Under the pieces are notes generated by a model that saw nothing but the letters and a program-made list of their open reading frames with translations, had not been told where the DNA came from and searched no databases. A program made the translations under genes and the position numbers. From assembly GCA_043228905.1 (NCBI GenBank), contig JBHGNT010000004.1, positions 17,050,001-17,114,000 of the forward strand: a DNA stretch of 64,000 bases, read 5' to 3'. Origin of the DNA: Azolla caroliniana. Taxonomy: Eukaryota > Plantae > Polypodiophyta. Below, piece after piece: positions 1-12,300 of this stretch. How positions within the stretch are numbered: the stretch's first letter is position 1; the number at the start of each line of letters is the position of its first letter.

Positions 1-518
1 GGGCAACAAACACATACAAACTTCTTACTTTGCGCACAGGTGCCACTTGAGACTGCACAGTTATTCGACATTGAGAGTGCTGTTTTGAGCTGTGAGCAGC
101 CTTCTGCGCATTACCTAGTAGTTTCCCTATCATTTCAATACCTAGTTTTCCAGCTTCAAAACTCTTGCAATTTAATATAGTATATATTTTGCTCATTACA
201 AGTTCCAAGTGAACATTCTTCAATTAGGTTCACAAGCATCCCAACCTACAGACATAAAAAAATAACAAACATACTTCCACGCAGATGATCAGAGAGGTAA
301 TTACACAGTGCATCAGGGGAACTATGAACATACACTATCAGAGTACATAGCATTATATTACAAAAACACTTGGAGGTGAATAGGACTATTGCAATGATGG
401 GGACTACCAATTCTCATCAGTCATGATTCAAAGAATTGAGAAAAATAGAGAAACAGCCAGACATCATGCAGCAATATCAATCCCATGGCATTAATTTGCA
501 CCGTTACTAAATATTTAC

Positions 519-1755
519 CTAGGATCCAGCACCTTTCTATCTTTAGAACTGTCTGAAGAGACCAATGCATCTGCAGCACCAGGAGCTTCCTCTGACGAAA
601 ATTCTCCGGAAGGCACACCCACAGATTCACCCCCAGTTAGAAGGAGAAGTTTTGGAAATGCTTTTGGCAGTTTCTCTCTTGAGGCATGCCCACATATTCC
701 AACATTCATATTTCTCCATTTATCCTATCCAATAGTAAGATAACCAGTCATAAGTTCGATACTGTGAACTAAAATATCATGCGCTGGTGTAATAAATTTA
801 CCATAATCACCTCTTCACTAGGACACCTCTACAGGTCCCTTAGACTCATTCACTTTATACATGTCTTAATATGCCATCATCACCAAAGTTTTAGCAGAAT
901 AAGTGTTATAACTCCTGAAGTAAGACTAAGCAAGCCATCACTAGAATCTACTGGAGAGTGGTAGCAACTATTTATATGAGACAACAAAATGAGTGTGAAA
1001 CATTTCAAAGATATTTAGTAATTTATTCCTCTAAAGCAATACCAGCTCATGATTGTGTATTTCTCAGCAACTGAAAGTTGAGAAGAAGAACACACAAATT
1101 AATCTTTTTTGTAACATGAAAACCCTAGATAGGAACCACAAAATAACACAAATTACATATATTGCGCAGGATTAAACTTTGATTTAGAAGAAATACATTA
1201 AAAGTGAAAAAACATATTCAATCATGAAGAATGGAGCCTTCTTCTATGGGCATTGGCTTCCATCACAACTGTAGCCCCAACTCACAAGCACATACCTTCA
1301 GTCAGGTAAATAAAATCAATATGGGTAGTGCACTACTGTAGCAGTAAAGTAAACCTAATTTCCTCATCATGATAGATACAGAGAAACAAGTTTAAATGCA
1401 TTATTAAAGATCCATGGACACTTCACCTACAATTTGTAGAAACAAAATTACCAAAAGGCTATGAACCTTCCCCACAGGTGTGTTGTTCTCGTTCTACCAC
1501 ACATATCTATACCTTCAATTTCAAGATTTAAGGGCAATCTTGGAATCAGGCAAGAGAAATTTACTTTTGAACTAGGGTTTTCTCGTACAGCTATTGTGTG
1601 CTTACTTTGAGGTCCACATTTGAGCGAGTCGACAGCACAATTGCAAACTCGGGATCCTTCTGTATTGTTCTCCATTTGCCTGCCCCATGCTTATCTACTC
1701 CCGCCCTTAGAGCAGCTTCTTCTTCAGGTGTCCATTTCTGTTTGGGATTGCCCAT
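519..1755 (-). CDS. TRB: Telomere repeat-binding factor / Single Myb Histone (TRB/SMH) family protein, 5' part only (coding exons 1606-1755 and 519-724; the gene continues beyond the left edge)
   Basis: Manual translation of the - strand gives [50 protein letters not shown]|DKWRNMNVG..., an N-terminal telobox Myb domain (VDLKDKWRN). Canonical GT/AG sites at 1605, 725 and 518. A putative 5'UTR intron spans 1766-2441. The H1/H5 and coiled-coil exons were not found in the window. Confidence 0.93.
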
Positions 1756-2691
1756 GTTCAGCAATCTGCCAGAAGGTCACTTATAGTTCTTTATAATCAC
1801 TCACAATGTCTCAAATACAAAATTCACTGCTTGAAGGTTGGACAAATATCATTCAAATAGAAACCCTAAATCCATGCCACAATACCACTCTCCAAAATAC
1901 CCTTAGCTACTCCTTAAATTGCTGCTCCCAAAATACCCTAATTTAAGGCTCAAATTTACCATTCATACAAAAATCCTAAATTCCCTCAATTATCACTCGT
2001 AGAGACACCTTAAACCAACCTCAATTAGTGCCTACGCAGATACTTTAGATCAAACTCAATAATCACTCATACAAATACCTTAAACTATGCTTGTACACCA
2101 TTCACACAACAATTACTAAATATCATTACATGAAGCATTTATTGATGGGTAGTCAAGAATTGGTAATAACATCATGAAAAAGAATCAGTATTGGCATAAG
2201 TTTGATCAGCAAAACATAAATTCAGAGTCAAAAAACGAAACGGACCTTAATCAAAATACACGACACTGAAAACAGGCAACAAATTAAGAAGGATACAATT
2301 TTTAGAACTATATAAAAAATATAGTTGAATATATGAGGAAAACAGTACTCAAAACAAAATACACAGTTCTCAAAAGCAGGACAACCAAAAGAAAGAAAAT
2401 GACCGACAAAACACGTTCAGCTATTCTTTTAATACAACTACCTGAGTTCACCTCGATCCGAACGTTTTCAGTGCGATATCATCTAGCCCTTTGTAAGGAA
2501 AATTGGAAAATTGGAAAAATGCTTTTCCAAGAAAAGGAAGGCCAAGGCGGGAAAGAAGAAGGTCTCTTCACTATCTCTGGTAAGAAAGATTAGGGTTTCC
2601 GGGTGGGGGTGGGGGGTGGAACAGAGAACAAAAGGTTTGCTAGGGTTTTGGATCATAAAAAAATAAAGCAGAGGGAAGGCTGCTAGGGTTT
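1120..2691. promoter_or_regulatory. Cluster of six telo-box motifs (AAACCCTA/TAGGGTTT) in the TRB promoter/5'UTR and first introns
   Basis: Perfect 8-mers at 1120, 1573, 1861, 2591, 2641 and 2684, plus near-matches around 1897-1980. Confidence 0.75.
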
Positions 2692-2934
2692 TGGTTCCAA
2701 AAGGAAAGCAAAACCATAAAAACAGGGGAAGAAAAAAGGTGCAATTTCTTAGAGTTAGTGGTATGTATTTGTTTTGTATGTATTTTGTTTTCTCCATTTG
2801 TTTGGGGGTGTGTTTTTGGTTGATTATACATAAAATAAAATTAAGTGTTGATGGGCATTGGGCACCATGGGCATGCATCACGTTTCATGTGGCCACCATA
2901 CCCATACACACTTGGAGTGGCCGAGTGGGGCCAA

Positions 2935-2958
2935 GGGTTTTGGGTTTTGGGTTTTGGG
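2935..2958 (+). repeat. (GGGTTTT)3GGG telomere-like tract, canonical G-quadruplex pattern
   Basis: GGG TTTT GGG TTTT GGG TTTT GGG is read directly from the sequence. Confidence 0.8.
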
Positions 2959-3799
2959 TTTTGGCCAGAGCAGCTAACACTGCCTGTCGAGCTCTCTCAC
3001 TTGCTTCACAAATCTTGCATGCGGTACCATGCCCTCCTAGCTATTATTATCCACAAAAACAAATTCCCCAAAACACCATAATTTTGGGGTTTCGGGTTTG
3101 AGTGAGTATATATGTAATGTGTCTCTGCATCCCTGTGAAAAATTCTCATGTTCATGTGGTCGGGAATTTTCGTTTACTCTGAAACTACGAGAGAATTAAA
3201 CCCGCATCATACACGAAATTAAACCCAATTTGTATCCCCCTCATCTCTTGGGGCTAACCTTTTTTTCAAACCGTTGAATTTTCTGTTCTAAGTACACATA
3301 TCTCTAGGTTTAAAATATTTACATTCTCAACCTAATATCAAGTGTCTATTTCTAAAATAGTTCTACAACTTGTGATGTGATATATTGTGATTGTTGTTTA
3401 GACAAGTTTATCACTAGCATATACATAAAGCGCCATGTATTCTAGAAGGAATGGAATTTTGCTGCCTTACTCGCATGAAATGACCATGTTGCAATTTCAT
3501 GATAACTTTGATTTTGCTTTGGAATTTAGTTATATACCCACCTATCCTTTTGCTTCTCTAATGCATTGACCAATGATGAATAACCTAAGAGATATAATTT
3601 CACCTTGACATAATGTCAATGAAGACGATGTGAGGCATAAACATGTATTTATCAACATAAAATTCCCAACCTCAAGCTCCTCAAACATTGTGAAATCTTT
3701 ATGTTCAACCTCTGCCTTTTGAACCTCAAAGCTTACCATCGATCCAACATTCACAATATAGGTCTTAATCTAAAGTTACTTTATGTGAACTCATATTGT

Positions 3800-5007
3800 A
3801 TTGTGTTGTCCCCTAAACAATCACAGTATAGTATAAGCCAAGCAACGTACTACATGTGCACCACATGACACACGTGCAAGAGCTCTCTACATGTGCACCA
3901 TATGGCACACACGATAGAGCCTCCCTTGACTATAAAAGGAGAAGGGAGTGTACTCACAAGAGATATCACGAAATATACCGTATAAAGGGAGATAAGGACA
4001 AAAGAAGTGGAAAAATAAATCATCTTAAAGATTTAAAGAAAAAATTAGATTGATGGTTGTTGTGTTCACTTTACAACAAAGGGGTGAAAGTTCAAATTTT
4101 ATTCTTATTGAAAGATAGATCAGAAGATTGTGATTTTCTCTTAAGTGGATCAATGCTTTGTTGCGATTACGTTGCAAGAAAAAGGGCAAAGGTTCAATTA
4201 CGTGCAAAACCACTTTGTAAACTTTTCCATGGAAATATTATAGATTTCTCATAGTCTCTCAAATATCATTTTTGAGCTTATTTCTTTATCTCACTTTACT
4301 TTATCTCTACTATTTCCGTCTCTTCCATCTAAAATCTTGCTGATTCCTTCCTCACTTTCAAGTTGTCTTATGTATGAGCAACGCCACAATACATTTGGAG
4401 AACTTGAAATAAAATGAAGAAGTAGAAGAGACCATATAAAATGAAGAGCAAACAACATGACAAGTACAAGTACAATGGATCTAGCAATGTTGTTTATTGA
4501 AAAGTTGAATCCAGATCGGTTATTTCATGTCTTACAAAAAGTTCGAAAGAAGACTGGTGTGTTTGATGGCACAAGCATTTCTAAGTATTTGAATGTATAT
4601 TATGATGAAAGAGAAATATCGTGTGAATGATATAAATATTGTGAAATGCAAGGGACACCACAATATGATAGCAAACATTTATAAATGAATTCAAATGAAG
4701 TCAAGAGATAGAGTTTGTGAAATACTATCGTTGTATGGTTTGGTTGGGACGCATTTAAAGAAGCGCTTGTATCGGAATATGGTCATGAAGGTTTCTCTCG
4801 AGTTATTAGGCATTCATTCCATGAATGGGTCATAAAATAAGGTAAAGGATTATTTCTTGTTAGCATAATAATGGATTTTGATAAACTATTTGAACATTTA
4901 AAGCAAGACGAAAGAAATTCTTTGTCTTGACAAAATGACACTCTAGTTTTGGAGGCAATTGACAAGAGAAATAGAAATGAGTTGGAACTTATGTGTAAAG
5001 AATTAGA
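3800..5007 (+). mobile_element. Degenerate LTR-like segment followed by a gag remnant, probably Ty3/gypsy
   Basis: LTR-like stretch with TATAAAA at ~3931. From 4476 there are broken frames MDLAMLFIEKLNPDRLFHVLQKVRKKTGVFDGTSISKYL... and WDAFKEALVSEY..., a gag-like W-x2-FK-x2-L-x2-EY motif. Boundaries are approximate. Confidence 0.55.
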
Positions 5008-5610
5008 TGCGAAAGCTCCTGAACAACAGACACAACCGACTTAGCCGGACACCACAACACAATTAGGTTTGCAGAGAGAGAGCGAGAGAGAGTGACTAAG
5101 TAGAGCAGGCAACAAAATTACTATTTAAAAAAATATGACTCAGTACAAAACAATGTGCTCATAAAGCACTTTATATACAAACCTCTGGCATAGGCTGACT
5201 CAAGTACCGACAAGTGCTTGAATGCCCACACCTGAGCTATGACACTAGATGTCTATAATATTCCTATTTACTAAAATAGGGATGTAGGCCTCAAATGGCT
5301 TGTCGGCTCCAAGTTGATCTTGCTCAGCCGACTTGGTTGTTAGCTTCTTCAGCCGATCCGGCCTTTAACCGGTTCAGGTCATGTTGAGCTTGTCTCGCAA
5401 CACTCCCCCTCAAGCTCAACTTGAGGTTTCTCCTTTTGCTCTACTGGTTCTTCGCCTCAGCTCCTTTTGCCAGCTTACCTCCGGTCCCGTGCTCCTCAAC
5501 TCATTCAGTCTTGCACTCCTCGACCCGTCCCGTCGGCTTGTCTGCTCCCAAGGCCCTCGACGACCTTCTCTTTGCCTATGCGGAGTTGGTGTCGTTTGAC
5601 CCATCGGTTC
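5008..5610 (-). mobile_element. Ty1/copia 3' end: LTR (~5008-5402), polypurine tract (5403-5417) and 3' UTR fragment, in inverted orientation
   Basis: The - strand reads AGCTTGAGGGGGAG|TGTTGCGAGACAAGCTC, the typical copia PPT followed by a TGTTG LTR start. A partial terminal inverted match (TGCGAAAGCTC) lies at 5008. Confidence 0.75.
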
Positions 5611-8350
5611 CCTCCTAAACATAATATAGACCATCGTATAGATATTGTACCTAGCATTGCACCAATAAGTATACCTCCATATCGCTTAAGTCTATTTGAA
5701 GAGGATGAGGTATCTAAGCAACTCAAGGACTATTTACAAATGGGTTATATAAGTTATAGTAAATCTCCATGGGGTGCACCTGTTCTCTTGGTAAAAAAAG
5801 AAAGAGGGCACATGATGTATGTGTATTAATTACCGATGCTTGAATAAAGTGACAATCAAGAATTCATATCCATTGCCCTAGGCTGACGATCTAATTGATT
5901 GTCTCCAAGGAGCTCGATATTTTACGAAACTTGATCTTCATACGAGCTACCATCAAATTCGTATAAGTGAGGAAGACATTCCTAAAATGACATTTCGTAC
6001 GCGTTATGGCCATTATGTGTTTTTGGTCATGCCTTTCGGTTTGACCAATGCTCCCACCACATTTCAACAAGAAATGAATGACATTTTCCGAGAACAACTG
6101 GAAAATTTGTCACCATTTTCTTGGATGATATTCTAGTTTATAGTTGTACATTAGAAGAACATGCTAAACATGTCCATTTTGTTTTACAAACATTGCTCGA
6201 CAAACAGTTTTACGCGAAGATCTCAAAATGCGAGTTCTTCAAGAAATCAATTACTTATCTTGGACATCTCATAACCGATCAAGGAGTTGAAATTGATCCT
6301 TCTCGCATCGAGAAAGTTAAAACTTTGGCCCACTCTTCAGAATATTCGAGAAGTTCGATCATTCCTTGGTTTTGTCGGGTTTTTGTGAAAATCTCTTCGC
6401 AATTGTTCCCAATTGACGATGCCATTTACTAATATTCTAAAAATTCAAACGCATAAGTCTACAAAACCTATTGTATGGAATGTTACACTACACCTCACCT
6501 TTAAGGAACTCAAGGACCTAGTGTGCAAGGCTCCTTCGCTTCTTTTACCAGATCCGTCAAAACCTTTTCAAGTTGAAACAGATCCAAGTGATTATGCTAT
6601 AGGTGGCATCTTATATTAAGATGGTAAACCAATAGCATTTGAGAGTAAGAAACTGGATTCTACTCAGTGTCGGTATACTGTGCAAAAAATGAATTATTTG
6701 CACGATATGGAATGTTACACTAAACCTTGCCTTTAAGGAACTCAAGGACCTGGTGTGCAAGGCTCCTTTGCTTCTTTTACCAGATCCTTCAAAACCTTTT
6801 CAGGTTGAAACCAACCCAAGTGATTATGCTATAGGTGCCATCTTATATTAAGATGGTAAACCAATAGGATTTGAGAGTAAGAAACTGGATTCTACTCAGT
6901 GTCAGTATACCGTGTAAAAAAGGAATTATTTGCAGTTATTCATGCGCTAAAGTCATGGCACGATTATCTTTATGGAAATCGTTTTGTGGTACCCACGGAC
7001 CATGAGTCCTTGAAATATTTTTGTAACCAACAAGGCCTTAAAGGTCGTAAGGCACAATGGGAGATCTCATCCATGACTTTGATTTTTCCATAGATATCGT
7101 AAAGGTTCCATGAACATTGTTGTTGATGCACTAAGTCGCATCCATGAAATTAACATGCTTAGCTTCACTAAAATAAAATCAGATCTTTATGATCACCTTC
7201 GAGGAAAGTATCCCAATGACAGTTATTTTGGAAAATACTTGGCAAGAGTTGAGTCTGGAACAAACATCACCACATCCTCAAAGGAATCCTTCCACATTGT
7301 TAATGGTCTACTCTATCGTAATGGGAGGGTTTGTGTTCTAGATTTGCCTAAGGTCGAAAAGAGAATTCTTTTTGAATGCCATGATGCACCCTCAGCAAGG
7401 CACCCTGGAATACATCACACACTCGTTCTCATCTCCCCTCACTTTTACTGGCCTAAGATGCGTCCTGACATACATAACTATGTGACTAAATGTCACCGGT
7501 GTCAGGTTAACAAATTTGAGTAACTTAAAGCCATTAGACTTTTACATCCCTTGGAAATTCTCAACAATAAGTGGGAAAGTATATCGATGGATTTTATTGT
7601 TAGCCTTCCTTGCACCCAAAAAGGTCATGATGTCATCTGGGTTGTGGTTTATAGACTAACTAAAATGGCTAGGTTCATTGCCACAAAAACCACGGTAACA
7701 GCTCCTGAATTGGCTTACCAATTCATTGACGAGTTATTTCGTTTTTATGGGTTACCGATGGATATTGTGAGTGATCGAGATCCAAAGTTTAGTAGTGACT
7801 TTTGGATGCAAGTCTTTAAGAAGTTAGAAACTACATTGAGCATGAGCTCCACGGATCATCCTCAATTCGATGGACAGACAAAACGAGTAAATCAAATTAT
7901 TGAGGACATGCTTCGAGCATACGTTGGCGCAGAACCAACAAAATGGGAACGTTATCTCCCAAATTTGGAGTTTGCTTATATTAACATCTCTAAGCATGCA
8001 TTGACGAGATATATGATCCTTTTATGTTGATGTACGATTGATGTTAATATACATCATGATGAGTTGCAAGTACGCAAAACTTTCTTTGAGGTATGCAAGA
8101 TATGTTGCATATTGCACGAGATAATATAAAAACAGCTCAAGGTAGAGCGCATTTTTGCGCTGACCATAATAGGCAACCTCGTATATTCAACCTTGGACAG
8201 AAGATATTTTTACGTGTACCTCACAATTCTAAGGCATTGTCTATAGGTAAGTGCACTAAGTTAGCCCCACGGTTTTGTGGACCTTTTTACAATCCTCAAA
8301 CGCATTGGTTCGTCAACCTATCGACTCGCTCTTCCTGATGGCATTGAAAT
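5610..8350 (+). mobile_element. Ty3/gypsy pol remnant (RT, RNase H, integrase) with frameshifts and stops
   Basis: PPYRLS...SKSPWGAPVLLVKK, (L)DDILVYS, ETDPSDYAIGG, ELFAVIHALKSW, HHCC zinc finger (ECHDAPSARHPG...CHRCQ), WESISMDFI...IVSDRDPKF...DGQTKRVNQ, KLAPRFCGPF. Domain order is RT-RH-INT. Confidence 0.95.
6474..6933 (+). repeat. 232-bp tandem duplication inside the gypsy RNase H region
   Basis: TATGGAATGTTACACTA...GAATTATTTGCA starts at 6474 and again at 6706, with high similarity throughout. Confidence 0.9.
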
Positions 8351-8629
8351 TTGTTTATCCTGGGCTGGACTTAGCCACAAACATAGAGTCTCCGTTCCGG
8401 AACACTTCTCCAAATGGGTGGTTAGGATACAGAAGTTATTCAGTGCTTATTCGATTCCGATTCGACTATCTTGGATGCCTTCCAAATTATTTAATATGCA
8501 ACCGATTACTTATAACACGCGTAAGATTAATAGTTAAGCACATATCGGCAAGTACACAAGGAACAATATAATTCAGAACAAAAACACACCCGTGGGACAG
8601 TGCATTGCACGTCGAACCCACGGTTGAGC

Positions 8630-9030
8630 TTCATTATTCTTCATCGAGTATGTCCATTATACTCTAGTCTAAGGGCTCGAGCAATTCTTCCTCAATCATT
8701 TGTTGTTGTTGTTGTTGCTCTGGTTGCTGTTGCTCCTGCTGTTGAGATCATTGTTGTTGCTCCAATCTAGCTCCCTCCGTCTACTCCGTTCTAGCTCCTT
8801 CCATCTGCTAATTTGGCTGCGACTCTGGTTGCTGGGGTCTGGCCTCCATCGGTTGCTCCTCATCACCGATGTTGATTTGCTCTGCCCTCCATGCAGCTTC
8901 CTTCCTTTAGCGTTGTCAGGGAAATCCGCAGGTATGTGTCGGCTTGGACGGGACCACGGGGGTCTTGGACTAGGGAGTAAAGGGGAAATGGGAGCTTATC
9001 CCTTACGACCTTCGATCTCAAAAGGGTAGG
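8630..9030 (-). pseudogene. Dead Gln/Glu-rich ORF in an unassigned, probably TE-derived segment (~8355-9300)
   Basis: The - strand frame reads ...AEQINIGDEEQPMEARPQQPESQPN*QMEGARTE*TEGARLEQQQ*SQQQEQQQPEQQQQQMIEEELLEPLD*SIMDILDEE*. The internal stops are consistent with CAG>TAG or CGA>TGA changes. Confidence 0.5.
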
Positions 9031-9399
9031 AGAAAGAAGAAGAGATTAACACGGTAGAGAAATAGATGGAGACAAGGTTCATCAATATAATTCCATTATA
9101 GGGCACGAAAGCCACAATACGATTACAACCGCGGCCAATTAGAAACGATAATGACAAAAGAGAGAGAGAGAGAGAGAGAAGGAAACCCTAAACCTTCCTA
9201 ACTACTTGTTGCCGGTTAGGAACATGGCCTACCCTCAGTCCTTCATGGTAGGTATCAAGGTGATCGTGGTGCATGGTAGGAATTTGTGTAGCGCGTGGAA
9301 CGTATTGACTTAGAGTGTGTTTACTAAAGGCGTAAAACTGGAGACGGCTACAACTGAGCTCCTAATGAGCGTAACCACCTTACACGTATTCACCTTACA

Positions 9400-12300
9400 C
9401 GCTCACGCTTATATAGTCACACAGAGACAAGAGATAAGAGACAGAACTTAGAGAAGACAAAAACTATATTAAACGAATGTACTCAGAATTGCGCTAGTTC
9501 TTTACAATGTTCATATGCCCTGATCAAGACTAATCCATTGTGGTGTTCTACATACCGACGATCAACAGAACTGGTTCAAGAAGCAGAGAAGAAATCATCA
9601 TGAATACTCAGATGGGAAGCGCTCTTCCTACGGAGAAGCTCTATAGGACAAACTTCACATCTTGGGAGTACAAGATGCATTAGTACCTTGTCGGACAAGG
9701 ATACTTGAGCTATATTGAAGGAGCTCACGAAACGCAGCCCAACCCAACACACGCTAACTATCCCGTTTGGGAGTAAGCCGCAAGCCGTGTGTTGTATTGC
9801 CTTGCATCATGCATACATGATCACATGCTCGGCTATATTCGAGAGACGAAAACGTTGAAAGAAGCGTGGGGCAATCTCAAGAAGATATTCACGGCCAATA
9901 GGGTTGCCCACAAGCTCCAGCTTCGTCAGGAGTTGAATGGCATTCAACAAAGGGACATGTCAATCGACAACTACGCCTTGAAGATCAAGGAGTTGTGCGA
10001 TGCCCTCGGGTTGATCAATGTTGGCATTGACGACGAAGAAATGGTGCAGATATGCCTCAGAGGCTTGACACCTTGATTCAACACAATAAGCTCCATCGTC
10101 CTCGCAACAGAGAATCCTCCCACCTTTTTCGATCTCCAATCAATATTGCTAGTCGAGGAAAATCACGCCAAACAAAGGAGCAACGCAGTAGAGGGTTAGA
10201 TGCTCTACTCCCAATCGGATGATAGAAGAAATTTTGGTTGTGGGAATAGAGGTCGATTCAAACAAGGTTGTCACGGTCAACAAACCCAAGAGCATAACTC
10301 CCACCAATGACAAGCGAACAGGAACAATCCCAGGGAGTTCGGCAGAAGGGGAGTTATCACGCCGGACCAAGCAATCGTGATAACCCAATCAAATGCGGAT
10401 ATTGCGGAAAACTCGGTCACTACGAAAAGGAGTGCCGAAAGAAGAAGCGAGAGTCGGCTTCAACCAGCCGACAACTCACGAACTACGCATTGAATTCTAA
10501 CTACGACAATCGTAGCGGAATGTTCACGAATTACGCATCGAATTCCGGCTACGATGATTGTAGTGGAATGTTCATGATGAGGCACAAAGTGCACTCAATG
10601 GCGACTCAAGGTGAAACAAGCACCATGCCCTCAGAGAATGTATGGTTTGTTGACTCGGGAGCATCCAACCACATGATGTCTCATGAAGATTGGTTTCGGG
10701 AATTACGAAAACCCGAATGTCCCGGATATGTCGAGACAGGCAATGACACGACTCATCCAATACAACATATTGGGAACGTCCCATTCGGAAACGACGGCAA
10801 ACAAACCTACCTCAAGAACGTACTGCATGTTCCTACTATCACGAAAAACCTGGTCTTAGTCAGCCAAATTGTCGAACAAGGAATGCAAGTACAATTCAAC
10901 AATGATGGGTGCTTTATTGAAAGAGGTGATTGAGTCGTAGCTCACGGCCGTCGTGAAGGCCGTATGTTTGTCCTTGAATCGAAGGAGGTAAAACCGACCA
11001 TGTTTGCAAAGGGCCTCAAAGTCGAAACTGACCTAAACTTGTGGCACAAGAGAATTGGTCACATCATTCTCTAGAAGCTTCAGAACATGCAATCGAAAGG
11101 AGTCGTAATCAGACTCCTAAACTTTACCGCGAAGGAGATTACGGGCATATGAGAAGCCAGTTCGGAAAGCAACGCCGACATCCATTCTAGAAAGAGCAGA
11201 ATGTGAGCAAAGGGATCCTGGATATCGTACATTCAGATGTATGGGGAACGGCCCAGACAACCACACTTGGTGGATGCCGATATTACGTCACGTTCATCGA
11301 CGACTTCTCCAGGCACACCTCGATCTACCCGATGAGACAGAAGAGCAAAGTGTTCGGACACTTCCAGAGGTTCAAAGCCGAAGTCGAAAAAACTACGGGT
11401 CGGTACGTATGCTGCCTTCGATTAGATGGAGGCAAAGAATATTTCTCGAATGAGTTTACGGCGTATCTCCAAAAGGAAGGAATCCGACGAGAATTTTCAT
11501 GTCGTCACACACCTCAGCAAAACAGTGTAGCCGAGCGGAAGAACCGGCACATAGTAGAGGTTGCACATGCAATGATGAACGAGAAGAACCTACCGAAATC
11601 ATACTAGGCAGAAGCGGTGAATACCTCATGAACAGGTGCACAAACTCGGGAGTACACGACGCAACCCCCCATGAGAAGTTTCTTGGTAAGAAGCCAGACT
11701 TATCACATGTTCGTATTTTCAGCTCAATCGCTTATGTGCATATTCCTGATGATATGCAACAAAAGCTCGACCCAAAGTCTGAGAAATGTATCCTCGTGGG
11801 GTACTCGCTCGAACAAAAGGGGTACAAATGCTACAATCCATCTACCCGAAAAGTTCGAACAAGTCGAGATGTCGTTTTCGACGAGTCCACATCCTAGTAT
11901 GCACCAGAGACAACTTCGACGCCGACTCCGCTCGACTTGGAATACGCCGAAATAGAGGCAGAAGCCGAAGATCGACTTACGCGCATCTTCAACGAAAGTC
12001 CAATCACGACTTGAATAAGTGGGCCACAAGAACCTCCCAGTGATCAAAGCACATCTCGGCCAAGTCCGAAGCTGGACAAAGGGAAGGTGAAAATGCCGGA
12101 GTTTGAAGACGATCACTTCAACGGCAACGAATCGACTCACTCCCTCGATAGTGAGTTCGAAGGCCTTGACATCTGGACAACTGGAGCGAAGAAAACCTTA
12201 GTATCCGCAAATGAGAAGCTCCACCGATCCACCCGTGAAAAGAACCCCATAAACCGATTCGACTACAACGATTACATGGCGTATCATTACGCCTTTAGAT

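Noticed and set aside
1120-2964. Interstitial telomere array or chromosome end
   Set aside because: The motifs are isolated single units in both orientations, not tandem TTTAGGG arrays.
2333-3101. ORFs of 60-136 aa upstream of TRB
   Set aside because: These are low-complexity promoter/UTR sequence with no recognisable domain.
8700-9029. Leu-rich 109-aa + strand ORF resembling a signal-peptide or env-like protein
   Set aside because: It is the antisense read of the CAA/CAG-rich - strand frame and has a non-ATG start.
9567-9585. Primer-binding site of the copia element
   Set aside because: The sequence after the putative LTR end (GAACTGGTTCAAGAAGC) does not match the canonical TGGTATCAGAGC well enough to call.
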